From the IMG/VR virus record IMGVR_UViG_3300008448_012223: a DNA stretch of 64,000 bases. One strand, written 5' to 3'. The stretch is from a virus. The notes beneath the pieces are model-generated. The model had not been told where the DNA came from. It ran no database searches and saw nothing but the letters and a program-made list of their open reading frames with translations. Shown here one piece after another: positions 33,997 to 41,905 of this stretch. Position 1 is the stretch's first letter, and every line of letters begins with the position of its first letter. Position numbers and translations under genes: made by a program.

Positions 33997-34131
33997 CTAC
34001 TCTTTGTCTACCTCACATAGTGAAGACGGTAGAGGTCCATAACAGGCCTCATGGTATACTCCACCAACGATAGCGCCGCATACGCCAAGGATGACGGCAA
34101 CAGCCGCTATGTAAGATAATGTGTATTTCAT
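33997..34131 (-). CDS. Micro membrane protein family A (44 aa)
   Basis: MKYTLSYIAAVAVILGVCGAIVGGVYHEACYGPLPSSLCEVDKE. Confidence 0.75.
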   Translation of the reverse strand: MKYTLSYIAAVAVILGVCGAIVGGVYHEACYGPLPSSLCEVDKE

Positions 34132-34200
34132 AATCCCTCCTAGGGTTATAAGATCACTAAAAGAAAAGGGGCCTTACCAAGGCCCCTTATTTATTATTTA

Positions 34201-34344
34201 TTATTTATTCACCTCCTCACAGAGTGGAGACTTCGGGTCTCCGTAACAGGATTCCACGGCTACTCCACCAACAATGGCGGAGCAAGTAATTGTTAGGAAT
34301 AGCATACATACAATGTATGCTATATCATACTTATCTAGCTTCAT
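34201..34344 (-). CDS. Micro membrane protein family A (47 aa)
   Basis: MKLDKYDIAYIVCMLFLTITCSAIVGGVAVESCYGDPKSPLCEEVNK. Confidence 0.75.
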   Translation of the reverse strand: MKLDKYDIAYIVCMLFLTITCSAIVGGVAVESCYGDPKSPLCEEVNK

Positions 34345-34404
34345 ATATCCTCCTAGGAGTTAACTTCACTAGAAGAAAAAGGGGCGCAGTGCCCCTTCTA
34401 TCAA

Positions 34405-34725
34405 CTACTTAACAAGGATGTAGTTGATGTTGAACTGGAGTATATCCTCCTCCGTCCATCGTTCTCCTTCTGCCAGCCGCCGGGGGCTGACAAATAAACA
34501 TACAATATACTCGGCCCCCGAGGGCACCTGTACCCGATTCACGGGTATGTTTACTCCGAGACGGGCGGAGAGGAGCTCCGCCGTAGAGAGGTGTCCGAGA
34601 GCACTTGTCCACTCAGTAGTGGAGAGGAGAGCGCGGGTCTCTTCCTCTGAAATACAAGTACTAGTGATAGCCCCACCCGGCGTGGTAGGGTAAAGGGAGT
34701 TTGGGAAAGAATTAAGAACGTACAT
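34405..34725 (-). CDS. acrIII-1: AcrIII-1 (DUF1874) viral ring nuclease, anti-type III CRISPR
   Basis: Y.LNSF N-terminus, SALGH45.ST..LLS, NR64V, R83LAE86G; spacing matches SIRV1 gp29 H47/R66/R85/E88 as recalled. Confidence 0.85.
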   Translation of the reverse strand: MYVLNSFPNSLYPTTPGGAITSTCISEEETRALLSTTEWTSALGHLSTAELLSARLGVNIPVNRVQVPSGAEYIVCLFVSPRRLAEGERWTEEDILQFNINYILVK

Positions 34726-34794
34726 AATCTTCCTCTAAGGTTTAAAGTTCACTAGAAGAAAAAGGGAGCATTACACTCCCTAAATTACCCCAAG

Positions 34795-35139
34795 TTACTT
34801 GATATAACCTGGGTTCCAGTTAATTACTGGTTCGACGACGAACTCACCGCCGAATATTACCATCTTAGACCAGACTATGCGTCTGGTTGGTAATGCAACC
34901 TCATCGTAGTAGTTTGGGTCGTCTTCGACGTACCACCAGGGGCGGTGGGCTTCGACGTTCCCGTCGAAAGCAAGGATGAAGACTGACCCGTATCCTCCAC
35001 GGGCGAAGTCCTTGGCCACTGCCAAACTGCGGCTGGCATAAAGAACTTCGCTACAACGATCCCAATCTAAGTGATCGTTGGTATGACCACGATAGGCGTA
35101 GTCATACTCCCTGGGAAGATGTTTATATATACTCATCAT
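34795..35139 (-). CDS. ADP-ribosyltransferase-like protein (R-S-E type)
   Basis: YRG...YASRSLAVAKDFA..G.VF...DEV. Confidence 0.5.
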   Translation of the reverse strand: MMSIYKHLPREYDYAYRGHTNDHLDWDRCSEVLYASRSLAVAKDFARGGYGSVFILAFDGNVEAHRPWWYVEDDPNYYDEVALPTRRIVWSKMVIFGGEFVVEPVINWNPGYIK

Positions 35140-35214
35140 AGGTGTTCTCCTGTGGACTAGTGTTCACAGAAAGAAAAAAGGGGCATTGCTGCCCCTTAAT
35201 TATTATTTATCTAC

Positions 35215-35358
35215 CTATTTATCAGTCTTACACATTGACAGTGCGGGGTAGTCGTAGCAGACAACCCGGTAGAAGGCGCCAAGAATTAGACCATTCACGC
35301 CGAGCACGAGTGCAGCAGCCACAATTAAACCGAGTATATCGTCTTTGATAGATTTCAT
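35215..35358 (-). CDS. Micro membrane protein family A (47 aa, divergent)
   Basis: MKSIKDDILGLIVAAALVLGVNGLILGAFYRVVCYDYPALSMCKTDK. Confidence 0.7.
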   Translation of the reverse strand: MKSIKDDILGLIVAAALVLGVNGLILGAFYRVVCYDYPALSMCKTDK

Positions 35359-35422
35359 AATGTCTCCTCCTGGAGATTATAGATCACCAGAAGAAAAAGG
35401 GGCCCTGCCCAGACCCCTTTTC

Positions 35423-35560
35423 TTATCTCATGTTTATATACTCCTGACGCACAGTCGGTATATTCTGGCCGTCTCCACGTTCTGGTAGCTGGCTGGCCAA
35501 TACCGTCATGAAGATAATAGGAATTACTACGACGCTGATAATTAGAGCTAATGATTTCAT
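35423..35560 (-). CDS. 45-aa membrane micro-protein
   Basis: MKSLALIISVVVIPIIFMTVLASQLPERGDGQNIPTVRQEYINMR; AGGAG RBS; first cassette of the array. Confidence 0.65.
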   Translation of the reverse strand: MKSLALIISVVVIPIIFMTVLASQLPERGDGQNIPTVRQEYINMR

Positions 35561-35646
35561 ATACCCTCCTAGGGTTATAGACCACTAGAAGGAAAAAGGG
35601 GCCAATTGAAGGGCCGGGTGGGGGAGGGGATATACCCTATAATACG

Positions 35647-35744
35647 CCCAAATACCGCCAGCAAGTTTATGGAATCTAAGAGCTCTAGGTATTAATACGT
35701 ATACACCCAAATACCGCCAGCAAATATCGAGAATCTAGAAGCTC
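35647..35744. repeat. Two approximately 40-bp direct repeats, period 59
   Basis: CCCAAATACCGCCAGCAA at 35647 and 35706, each followed by GAATCT..AGCTC. Confidence 0.85.
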
Positions 35745-35748
35745 AATA

Positions 35749-36426
35749 ATGAGGCAGAGAGGTGTAGTAGTATGGACCAGTTATATAGGAGGTAATGGTA
35801 TGTTAGAGGACATCAAGGGAGCGGTTAGGGTAGAGAAGTTGAGTGAGATACAGGTAAGGGAATTACAGAGGAGGCTAGGGATACAGCAGACAGGAATAAT
35901 GGGGCCAATGACGAGGAAGGCCTGGGAGGACTGGAAGAGGAGTAAGGGTATGGGGGAACCGGGGTTAATAGGGCCGGGTTCTATAGGTCTATTACTAGAG
36001 GAGATAAACTGGACGGATATGACGAGTAAGGTGAGTAAGTACTTCACAGTGAGAGAAGTAACGAAGGGGGAGGCGGCGCGCATACCAACGAGTAAGGTCA
36101 TCCAAGACAATATAATGAGACTAGCTAAGGAGTTAGATAAGATAAGGGAAGAGTGGGGTAAGCCCATTATAGTAACGAGTTGGTATAGGCCCCTTGCGAT
36201 TAACAGGGCAGTAGGAGGAGTGGATAATAGTCAGCATATAGAGGGGCTAGCAGTAGACATAGCGCCCATAGACCCCGCCGAGCTAATCGAGTTCGAGAGA
36301 TGGTTAGACGAGCATTGGTATGGGCCGCTGGGGTGGGGGGCCCAGAGTGGGAGGGGCTTCACGCACCTAGGGTTAACGAGGGGGTGGAGAGCAGGAGGAA
36401 AGAAGGGGCCCCGCTGGAGATACTAA
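35749..36426 (+). CDS. Peptidase M15 endolysin with N-terminal peptidoglycan-binding-like domain
   Basis: VTSWYRP..INRAVGG..NSQH..G.AVDI...FTHL; the real start may be MLEDIK. Confidence 0.88.
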   Translation: MRQRGVVVWTSYIGGNGMLEDIKGAVRVEKLSEIQVRELQRRLGIQQTGIMGPMTRKAWEDWKRSKGMGEPGLIGPGSIGLLLEEINWTDMTSKVSKYFTVREVTKGEAARIPTSKVIQDNIMRLAKELDKIREEWGKPIIVTSWYRPLAINRAVGGVDNSQHIEGLAVDIAPIDPAELIEFERWLDEHWYGPLGWGAQSGRGFTHLGLTRGWRAGGKKGPRWRY

Positions 36427-36483
36427 TGCCTACCCCTCCCCATACAAGACAAGGAGCATTAGCATACTAATACAAGTAGAAGT

Positions 36484-37239
36484 ATGCTAAGAAACATTGA
36501 TAGAGCAATGCGGCTGCAAGAGTTAAATAGTCAGCAGGTGCGGGAGCTACAACAGGAGCTAGGTGGTTTAGTAGTAGATGGGGTAATGGGGCCGAGGACA
36601 GAGGCTAGGTGGAAGGAGTGGAAGGAGGCAAATAATCAAGCGGAGCCCGACCTAATAGGGCCAGGCTCTGTGCGTCTATTATTATCAGATGATGAAGTAA
36701 TGACGAGAGGAGAATACGATCTAGCGTTAGCCCCCGCCTCTAAGAGAGATAGAGATCGATACTACAGGCCCCTAATGGCAGCGATGGAGGAGTGTAATAT
36801 AAAGGAGCCCGCGCGTATAGCGATGTTCCTAGCTCAGCTGATGCACGAGTCAGGGAACCTACGCTACGATGAGGAGATATGGGGGCCCACACCAATACAG
36901 AGGGGATACGAGGGCAGGAGAGACCTCGGTAATATAAAGGTAGGAGATGGGCGAAGATTCAGGGGTAGAGGTTTATTTCAGTTAACGGGCCGGGCCAATT
37001 ACCAAAACATGGGGAATATGCTAGGGCTACCGCTAGTAGATAGCCCAGAACTAGCAAAGGAGCCCGTCAACTCAGCACGCATAGCAGCGCACTACTGGAG
37101 AACACGGGGGCTAAATGAAATAGCAGACAAGAATGATATAGACGCATTCAGGCAGGTAACGCGACGTATCAATGGCGGGCTGATAGGGTTATCAGATAGA
37201 CTAGAACACTGGAAGAGAATACAGGCAGTGCTGACATGA
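36484..37239 (+). CDS. Glycoside hydrolase family 19 (chitinase-like) lysozyme
   Basis: FLAQLMHESG.LRY.EE, YEGRRDLGN...GDG..FRGRG.FQLTGR.NY, TRRINGG. Confidence 0.92.
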   Translation: MLRNIDRAMRLQELNSQQVRELQQELGGLVVDGVMGPRTEARWKEWKEANNQAEPDLIGPGSVRLLLSDDEVMTRGEYDLALAPASKRDRDRYYRPLMAAMEECNIKEPARIAMFLAQLMHESGNLRYDEEIWGPTPIQRGYEGRRDLGNIKVGDGRRFRGRGLFQLTGRANYQNMGNMLGLPLVDSPELAKEPVNSARIAAHYWRTRGLNEIADKNDIDAFRQVTRRINGGLIGLSDRLEHWKRIQAVLT

Positions 37240-37646
37240 TAACAGGGAGGTTCCGTATATATCCGAGTAGAGACAACTATATGCTAGAGGAGGATAGTCA
37301 CTACTATGAGGCCCGCATTCACGACACTGTGGGATCTCTACTATTATGGGGGCACCAGAAGAGAGGGGGTCATACAGTAGACTATAAGGCCATAGTAATA
37401 CCAGACTATAATGTAAATGAGGATGGCTATATACATAGTAGAGTGGGATGGGTGGGGTTATGTCTCCCTTACCTAGATGCCGGTATAATAGCGCATGAGG
37501 CTCTACACATAGCCACATCATATCTGAGACTGAAGGGTCTACTTAAACTAGGAGAGGATATAGATGATGATGAGGAGATACTAGCATATACGCTAGGTAC
37601 GGTAATGAGCCAGATAGGGACATACATACATAAGAGATACAGTTAA
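37236..37646 (+). CDS. Hypothetical protein with HExxH motif
   Basis: IAHEALH...DDEEILAY. Confidence 0.6.
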   Translation: MITGRFRIYPSRDNYMLEEDSHYYEARIHDTVGSLLLWGHQKRGGHTVDYKAIVIPDYNVNEDGYIHSRVGWVGLCLPYLDAGIIAHEALHIATSYLRLKGLLKLGEDIDDDEEILAYTLGTVMSQIGTYIHKRYS

Positions 37647-37706
37647 TGTTATTACGGGAAGCGCTTAGTTCACTTAGGAGTTAATTTATCATTTAGGAGT
37701 TAATTT

Positions 37707-38627
37707 ATGACGTTACCTATTGTCGGCTCGAGATACGGATACGCAACTTATGGTTGGCGTACATCTGCGGTTGGCGGAGTATATTTTAATATGCCTAATT
37801 TTCTTTTATTCCTGGATGCTATTGGCATCACATCGACACATCGATTTGTCAGAGCGGATGGGACGCTAATTAATCTTCGATTTCCAGAAGTTGATACTGA
37901 TTTAATCCAGTTGGGAGATGTAACTGAAAGTCTTAGCCAGGGGCGGCATAGGGTGTCAATGGAACGTGCTAATAATAATGTTGGAACTAACCCATTTTTC
38001 TGGTCGCTCTTAGGGCACACCTATGCCACAAAAACTCAACTTAACGACACAAGATCTACAACAATAAGCCCGTATAGCGCAGCCTCAGGATACTTCTACG
38101 CCTGTGCCGATGATAAGGGGATTGCTATGTTCGCGGCGACTAATACTGGATTAACTACATATAGTGGCCAGACATCTTTTCACTATTTTGGATACTGCGA
38201 GGATCCAGCATCCGTAGCTTATTTTGGCAATAATAACAGCTATCCACTGGACTATGTTGGATCTGGCGGTAGTAATTTTATAAGATACAAAGATATGGTG
38301 GTACCTGGAGGAGGAGGCGGCGCGCAACCCTCTCAACCTGTGGTAGTTATTGGATCTATTAATTGCGTCACTCCTACTCCTGGTGCCAATATTACCGATC
38401 TTATGTTTAGAGATAGCGGCACTACCGATTACGGCATTAATTATCCACTGGGAATAGCGAGGCCGTTCTTATTATTTAGTAACCAAAATCTAGAAGTGAA
38501 TAGTCTAGTAAGGGTTATGTCAACCCCACCGACACCAGAAGATCACTTTCATATAGTAGTTAGCGCTGTTTCTGGTGGCGGCAGCATATTAATGCCAATT
38601 ATTACTGAAAATTACTCTCTGCCATAG
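37707..38627 (+). CDS. Putative virion/tail-associated protein
   Basis: Beta-rich, Gly/Thr/Ser/Asn-rich; codon style differs from the flanking genes. Confidence 0.55.
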   Translation: MTLPIVGSRYGYATYGWRTSAVGGVYFNMPNFLLFLDAIGITSTHRFVRADGTLINLRFPEVDTDLIQLGDVTESLSQGRHRVSMERANNNVGTNPFFWSLLGHTYATKTQLNDTRSTTISPYSAASGYFYACADDKGIAMFAATNTGLTTYSGQTSFHYFGYCEDPASVAYFGNNNSYPLDYVGSGGSNFIRYKDMVVPGGGGGAQPSQPVVVIGSINCVTPTPGANITDLMFRDSGTTDYGINYPLGIARPFLLFSNQNLEVNSLVRVMSTPPTPEDHFHIVVSAVSGGGSILMPIITENYSLP

Positions 38628-38679
38628 TAGATTGATTGAGGGCGCAACACTTAACCTTCTCAAAGTCAATCAATACTAA

Positions 38680-39393
38680 TCAGCCTTGAGTTAGATCTGG
38701 CATAGCTGACTTAAGCTTATTGAATACCTGTATCTTATGGGCCACGCCGTGTACCGGTATGACTATGTTCTTACCTGTATTACCATTACATTTAAGGCAC
38801 GCGCTACACTGAGTCTCGTTAACTGAATAGAGACAGGCCTGCTCTCCCCTAATAGGTAGCTCACCATCTATAGCAACCCGATAGGTAGCCCAGCCCATAG
38901 AGTGGGCCAGCTTTAAATCCTCATATGACTCTACACTAGCATGGAGGTAGTTGCGCCACTCAGGGTCACAATCACGCCATCGATGAGTATAGCCAGTCCA
39001 TCCCGGTGCCTTATTAATCAGAGGTAGCCAGGCAGAGAGGGGCATCATAGCTGGATCGCCATAGGCTCCCAGGCGCAGGGGGAATGGTAACGTAGTGTTC
39101 TTCCAAGTATCGAGATCACCGCGTTCCCACATACGCCAGATGTTATTAGAGGCCCGCGGATCCACATAACACACCCGTTTCCGCAGAGGACAATCACCGC
39201 ATATACTACTATCAGCACCAGACTGTATATTAGATATAGGCGAGCCCTCCTGACGCAGAATATATGTCTGTATCATAAAGCCCGTCTTACGGTTCATACT
39301 GGGGCGCTGGAATCCACTGGCGAGAACTACTATAGGTTGGCTGTCCCATAGAGAAAGGCCACTCCATATCACGAGGGTACTACTTTTATACAT
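38680..39393 (-). CDS. Radical-SAM-related/gp88-like Fe-S protein
   Basis: CGDCP....CYV, LRLGAYGDP, GYTH.W, ASVE, CSACLKC. Confidence 0.45.
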   Translation of the reverse strand: MYKSSTLVIWSGLSLWDSQPIVVLASGFQRPSMNRKTGFMIQTYILRQEGSPISNIQSGADSSICGDCPLRKRVCYVDPRASNNIWRMWERGDLDTWKNTTLPFPLRLGAYGDPAMMPLSAWLPLINKAPGWTGYTHRWRDCDPEWRNYLHASVESYEDLKLAHSMGWATYRVAIDGELPIRGEQACLYSVNETQCSACLKCNGNTGKNIVIPVHGVAHKIQVFNKLKSAMPDLTQG

Positions 39394-39420
39394 AGAATAT
39401 AGTCTAGAATGGATTGAAGT

Positions 39421-39786
39421 ATGGTATTGTCATTGAAAAATATGCACACACAACTCGAAGATTGTGCTAGTCAACTACTAGTAGCAGCAGTAATCAAGAG
39501 AGATGAGGAAGCCACTGAGGCTATTCTAGATGTCATCGCCCTATTATTCACCGAGGCCGAGCAGATAGAACTAGCAGTTCATATGGCTTACAATAGCCTA
39601 GATGAGAGTGGATGTGACTGGCTTCAGGAGCAGATAGAATTGCTAGACTGTCCCTCAGCCGAGGTTAATCAGGAGGACTCGATGCGAGCACTAGAAGACG
39701 AGGGTATCTTTGTAATAGAGCAGGCCCTAGAACACACGTACGGTAAGTCGGAGCATGATGGTGAAACTAATACGATTCTTAAGTAG
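39421..39786 (+). CDS. Acidic hypothetical protein
   Basis: 121-aa ORF. Confidence 0.6.
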   Translation: MVLSLKNMHTQLEDCASQLLVAAVIKRDEEATEAILDVIALLFTEAEQIELAVHMAYNSLDESGCDWLQEQIELLDCPSAEVNQEDSMRALEDEGIFVIEQALEHTYGKSEHDGETNTILK

Positions 39787-40036
39787 TTTACTAGCTCTAG
39801 CACGCCTACTGAGTCGAGCTCATCTTACATGGGCCGGCCCGTATCTCACAGTAGACTACGAGGGAGTGATAATCCGTGTAGGTCAGGGGGAGTTGAGTAT
39901 AGATACCAGTAATCATATGATGATTAATTGCAATCACAAGGAGGATAGTAGACCAGATGTTTCCAGCGTGCAGGATAGGAGATATGGTGAGAAGCATATG
40001 CCCCAGGATACCCGACGGGCCTTTCTACACAGGTAG
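39755..40036 (+). CDS. Hypothetical protein
   Basis: 93-aa ORF overlapping both neighbours. Confidence 0.4.
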   Translation: MMVKLIRFLSSLLALARLLSRAHLTWAGPYLTVDYEGVIIRVGQGELSIDTSNHMMINCNHKEDSRPDVSSVQDRRYGEKHMPQDTRRAFLHR

Positions 40037-40214
40037 TCCTGATACTATGATTAATGGTAGACCCGCCATACGAATAGGAGACAAGTCAGTGCCGGGCCCT
40101 GCTATCACTGGCAGCCCGCGCACATTTATTAATGGCATACCCGCCGTGAGTATTATAGATCAGGTCTTCTGTGGCGTTATAATAACAGGTAGTGAGGATA
40201 CCTTCATAGACTGA
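39957..40214 (+). CDS. PAAR-repeat baseplate spike-tip protein
   Basis: PACRIGD, TGSPDTMINGRPAIRIGD, TGSPRTFINGIPA, CGVIITGS..TFI. Confidence 0.88.
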   Translation: MFPACRIGDMVRSICPRIPDGPFYTGSPDTMINGRPAIRIGDKSVPGPAITGSPRTFINGIPAVSIIDQVFCGVIITGSEDTFID

Positions 40215-41158
40215 TGCTTACATTTAATAGAGATCCACAGCCTGCCACCATAAGCTCACCCCCCACTACTACTAATGCCGTCATACAGCAGTTCAATAGT
40301 GAATTGGAGGAGGAATGGGTAGTAGGAGAGCAGCAGGTTACCACACAGGGGGCCCGCGTGTATAGTAGACGATATCACGAGATACGCTTCAACGAAACAG
40401 ATCTCGTACGATTAGATATGGTCAGCCTGGGTCAATATTCTCGTGTGTATGAGGCAGACCACTACTATAGACTCATACGCCCCTTCTACGAGGACGTATA
40501 CTCTAGCTCAGTGTCTAATCCCTATAATATGGGCCCGCCCAGTGATAGTGATTTTCTGCAGTGGCAGAAGCGTATTAATACGTATAGGCAGGAGAAGCAC
40601 TATAGACCTAAGTGTGTGGATACGCTAGTATGGCGGCGTCCCGCTGACTGGCCATCACTAGGAGAGGGCCTTGATGCAGGCGGTAATCCCATTGAGGTAC
40701 CCACTCAAGAGCAGGGGACCTTTCCTACTACGCCCTATGTATTACCTCTAGTCAATGCAGGTAAGAGGGTGGCCGCCCGTGTAGTCGTAGATCCCCCCGT
40801 ATCTCACACGGTAGAGATACTACAGACTCCTGATGGGCCGGCCCAGGTAGTCAGTGGTATATTCTTATTGCACTGGCCTATTATACGTATTAAACTACTA
40901 GAATTATTACTAGAGGCCCCCTGTACCGTAACCGTGGAGTTCTGGGGAGAGTATCTATTCTCTCGCTTCAGTCCTGAGATAAATCACTCAGGAGAGAGCG
41001 ATATACTACAGCACCCCGTAGGCTCTAGTCTAGAGACCAGATTATTACCCCCCAATAGGAGCAGTATGCCGCAGAACTTCTGGAATAACGGTGGGGATAC
41101 AGCCCCATTAGTAGATAATTACTGGGCTCGCCAGGGGAATGGATCATGGACAAGCTAA
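40214..41158 (+). CDS. Hypothetical protein
   Basis: 314 aa, translationally coupled to PAAR. Confidence 0.75.
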   Translation: MLTFNRDPQPATISSPPTTTNAVIQQFNSELEEEWVVGEQQVTTQGARVYSRRYHEIRFNETDLVRLDMVSLGQYSRVYEADHYYRLIRPFYEDVYSSSVSNPYNMGPPSDSDFLQWQKRINTYRQEKHYRPKCVDTLVWRRPADWPSLGEGLDAGGNPIEVPTQEQGTFPTTPYVLPLVNAGKRVAARVVVDPPVSHTVEILQTPDGPAQVVSGIFLLHWPIIRIKLLELLLEAPCTVTVEFWGEYLFSRFSPEINHSGESDILQHPVGSSLETRLLPPNRSSMPQNFWNNGGDTAPLVDNYWARQGNGSWTS

Positions 41159-41385
41159 TACTACTAGCGCCACTAGATAAGGTGAAGTTAGAGGAGTTGG
41201 AGCCAGAGGACATGCGCCAGCTCCTACATTTATATTACCTAGATACACCGGCTGATATAGATATCCTTAGGATTAGAATAAGTAAAAGATTACTACGCGG
41301 AGTTAATCGTACCTATCTTCAGCACCTTAAGCTACTATATGTTTACTTAGGACACTACCTTAAGAAATCAGGAGTTATACATTGA
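41146..41385 (+). CDS. Hypothetical protein
   Basis: 79-aa ORF in the operon. Confidence 0.55.
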   Translation: MDKLILLAPLDKVKLEELEPEDMRQLLHLYYLDTPADIDILRIRISKRLLRGVNRTYLQHLKLLYVYLGHYLKKSGVIH

Positions 41386-41636
41386 CTTATATATCAATTA
41401 CATTTTCACAGCATCAGTCTCTTGATTGGTCACATACAATAGGAGAGGATGCCTTTGGCTGGCTACAGACAGCGGAGGAGGACAATATTATAGTAGAGAA
41501 GTTAGAACCATACGAGGCAGTACTAGCCATAGAAGACGATATAGGCGATAATATAGGATATATATGCGCCATGCTGATGGAGCGGGGCATATTAGAATTT
41601 AATGTTCACGTAAGTCCTACTCAATTAGCATGGTAA
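41382..41636 (+). CDS. Hypothetical protein
   Basis: 84-aa ORF in the operon. Confidence 0.55.
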   Translation: MTYISITFSQHQSLDWSHTIGEDAFGWLQTAEEDNIIVEKLEPYEAVLAIEDDIGDNIGYICAMLMERGILEFNVHVSPTQLAW

Positions 41637-41905
41637 CACTCTCAGACTATAGACTCACATACGAGATAACATCACTACCGACTATAATATTCGCTGGGAT
41701 GACCGCTGCGGATGAGCCATTTCACTTCACTCGCTTTGAGGTGCCCCCCATTAATGGTCCCATCGAGTGCCGCTTTTTACTATTCGATAAGTCAGGTAAT
41801 TTGATAGAGTTATCTAATCAATATGTGCACAGTACTGCGCTAGTGGCTACCTGCAATATAGTGCCACTGCGTATGATAGAAAAGCTAGTTAAACCAGATC
41901 CATAG
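41630..41905 (+). CDS. Hypothetical protein
   Basis: 91-aa ORF converging on the giant gene. Confidence 0.55.
   Translation: MVTLSDYRLTYEITSLPTIIFAGMTAADEPFHFTRFEVPPINGPIECRFLLFDKSGNLIELSNQYVHSTALVATCNIVPLRMIEKLVKPDP

Larger units (their letters stand above)
22088..35610 (-). promoter_or_regulatory. 19-copy terminator/promoter-like element (hairpin-T4-6-C(C)TTYTRGTG) heading individual gene cassettes
   Basis: Plus-strand CAC(T/C)A(G/A)AAG(G)AAAAAGGG at about 22088, 27247, 28057, 28255, 28576, 28716, 29519, 29738, 30108, 31011, 33164, 33371, 33955, 34155, 34367, 34750, 35165, 35385, 35583. Confidence 0.9.

Noticed and set aside
22088-35610. Classical integron with attC sites
   Set aside because: No tyrosine integrase and no RYYYAAC...GTTRRRY boxes; the element lies at gene 5' ends and includes the RBS context.
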